A DNA stretch of 16,502 nucleotides from Thermoproteus sp. (GTDB lineage Archaea; Thermoproteota; Thermoprotei; Thermoproteales; Thermoproteaceae). The stretch is taken from the NCBI GenBank assembly GCA_049976425.1, contig JBMFIG010000032.1:1-16502 (forward strand), given 5' to 3'. The notes under the pieces are model-generated. The model did no database searches. It was given only the letters and a program-made list of their open reading frames with translations, and had not been told where the DNA came from. Shown one piece after another: positions 15,898 through 16,502 of the stretch (position 1 is its first letter; every line of letters starts with the position of its first letter). The position numbers and the translations under genes were made by a program.

Positions 15898-16502
15898 GTG
15901 TCGCTGGCTGAGGAGATAAAGAGGACTCTCCTGGAGCACCCGGAGATACTGGTGGAGGTGCTCACCGCGAGGCCGCAGATAATATACGAAGCGCTGGCGA
16001 GGGTGGCGCCGTGGGAGAAGCTGGCCACCAAGGAGGACTTAAAGGCCCTCGAAGAGAAGGTGGCCACGAAGGACGAGTTGAAGGCCTTAGAGGCCCGGAT
16101 GGCTACCAAGGACGACGTAAGGAGGCTGGAGATTAGGATCGACGCGTTGGGCGCCAGGTGGGGCCTCGCCTCGGAGGACGCCTTCAGGGAGGGGGTGAGG
16201 GAGCTTCTTAGGGAGGCGGGCTTCTCGGTGGAGAGGTGGACGCATTTCGACTCCGAGGGCTACGTATACGGCTACCCGGCCGAGGTGGAGCTGGACGTCG
16301 TAGTGAGGGACGGGAGGACCCTCCTCGTGGAGATAACGTCGGCCTTGAAGAGAGGCGATCTGCCCATCGTCAAGAGGAAGGCCGAGCTCTACGAGAAGAA
16401 AACCGGCAGAAGGGCCGACGCCGTCATGGCGATCACGATATACGTCCACGACAGGAACCCCTCGCTGGTCCTCGCCGTGGCGCAACAGATGGGGATAAAG
16501 AT
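15898..16502 (+). CDS. Coiled-coil repeat PD-(D/E)XK nuclease-fold protein (DUF3782-like), runs off window
   Basis: Manual translation: MSLAEEIKRTLLEHPEILVEVL...ATKEDLKALEEKVATKDEL...LGARWGLASEDAFREG...VELDVVVRDGRTLLVEITS; no stop before window end, so absent from the ORF track. Confidence 0.88.
   Translation, partial: MSLAEEIKRTLLEHPEILVEVLTARPQIIYEALARVAPWEKLATKEDLKALEEKVATKDELKALEARMATKDDVRRLEIRIDALGARWGLASEDAFREGVRELLREAGFSVERWTHFDSEGYVYGYPAEVELDVVVRDGRTLLVEITSALKRGDLPIVKRKAELYEKKTGRRADAVMAITIYVHDRNPSLVLAVAQQMGIK
16024..16131 (+). repeat. In-frame degenerate 39-bp tandem repeat, ~2.8 copies
   Basis: Encodes ATKEDLKALEEKV / ATKDELKALEARM / ATKDDVRRLE. Confidence 0.8.

Noticed and set aside
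16024-16131. Periodic repeats as a possible CRISPR array
   Set aside because: Repeats are in-frame, degenerate at synonymous positions and have no unique spacers; no cas genes in the window.
495-16485. Numerous antisense and alternate-frame ORFs (e.g. 545-1072, 3344-3814, 11994-12644, 13674-14324, 14364-15233, 16087-16485)
   Set aside because: Shadow ORFs of GC-rich genes lying over confidently assigned CDSs, mostly with Arg/Gly/Pro-rich or motif-free translations.

Overview
GC-rich crenarchaeal DNA; gene content and leaderless TATA promoters suggest Thermoproteaceae (Thermoproteus/Pyrobaculum-like). The left ~4.7 kb is a core information-processing cluster (tfb, gar1, rps8e, srp19, GPN-loop GTPase, rpl21e, rpo4, DUF655, eIF5A). 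It is followed by a minus-strand trio (atypical NRAMP transporter, ThiF/MoeB E1-like enzyme, winged-helix protein fused to a degenerate tetrapyrrole-methylase-like domain), a MacB/FtsX-type ABC module with a large membrane-anchored surface protein, the DNA-repair gene nreA, a radical SAM protein, an ornithine cyclodeaminase-family gene and a truncated coiled-coil PD-(D/E)XK protein missing from the ORF track. The main non-ORF signals are two promoter-bearing box C/D guide sRNAs (about 7584-7640 and 14926-14983) with guides apparently complementary to 23S rRNA, and a 19-bp palindrome repeated at the same position upstream of two consecutive ABC-module genes.
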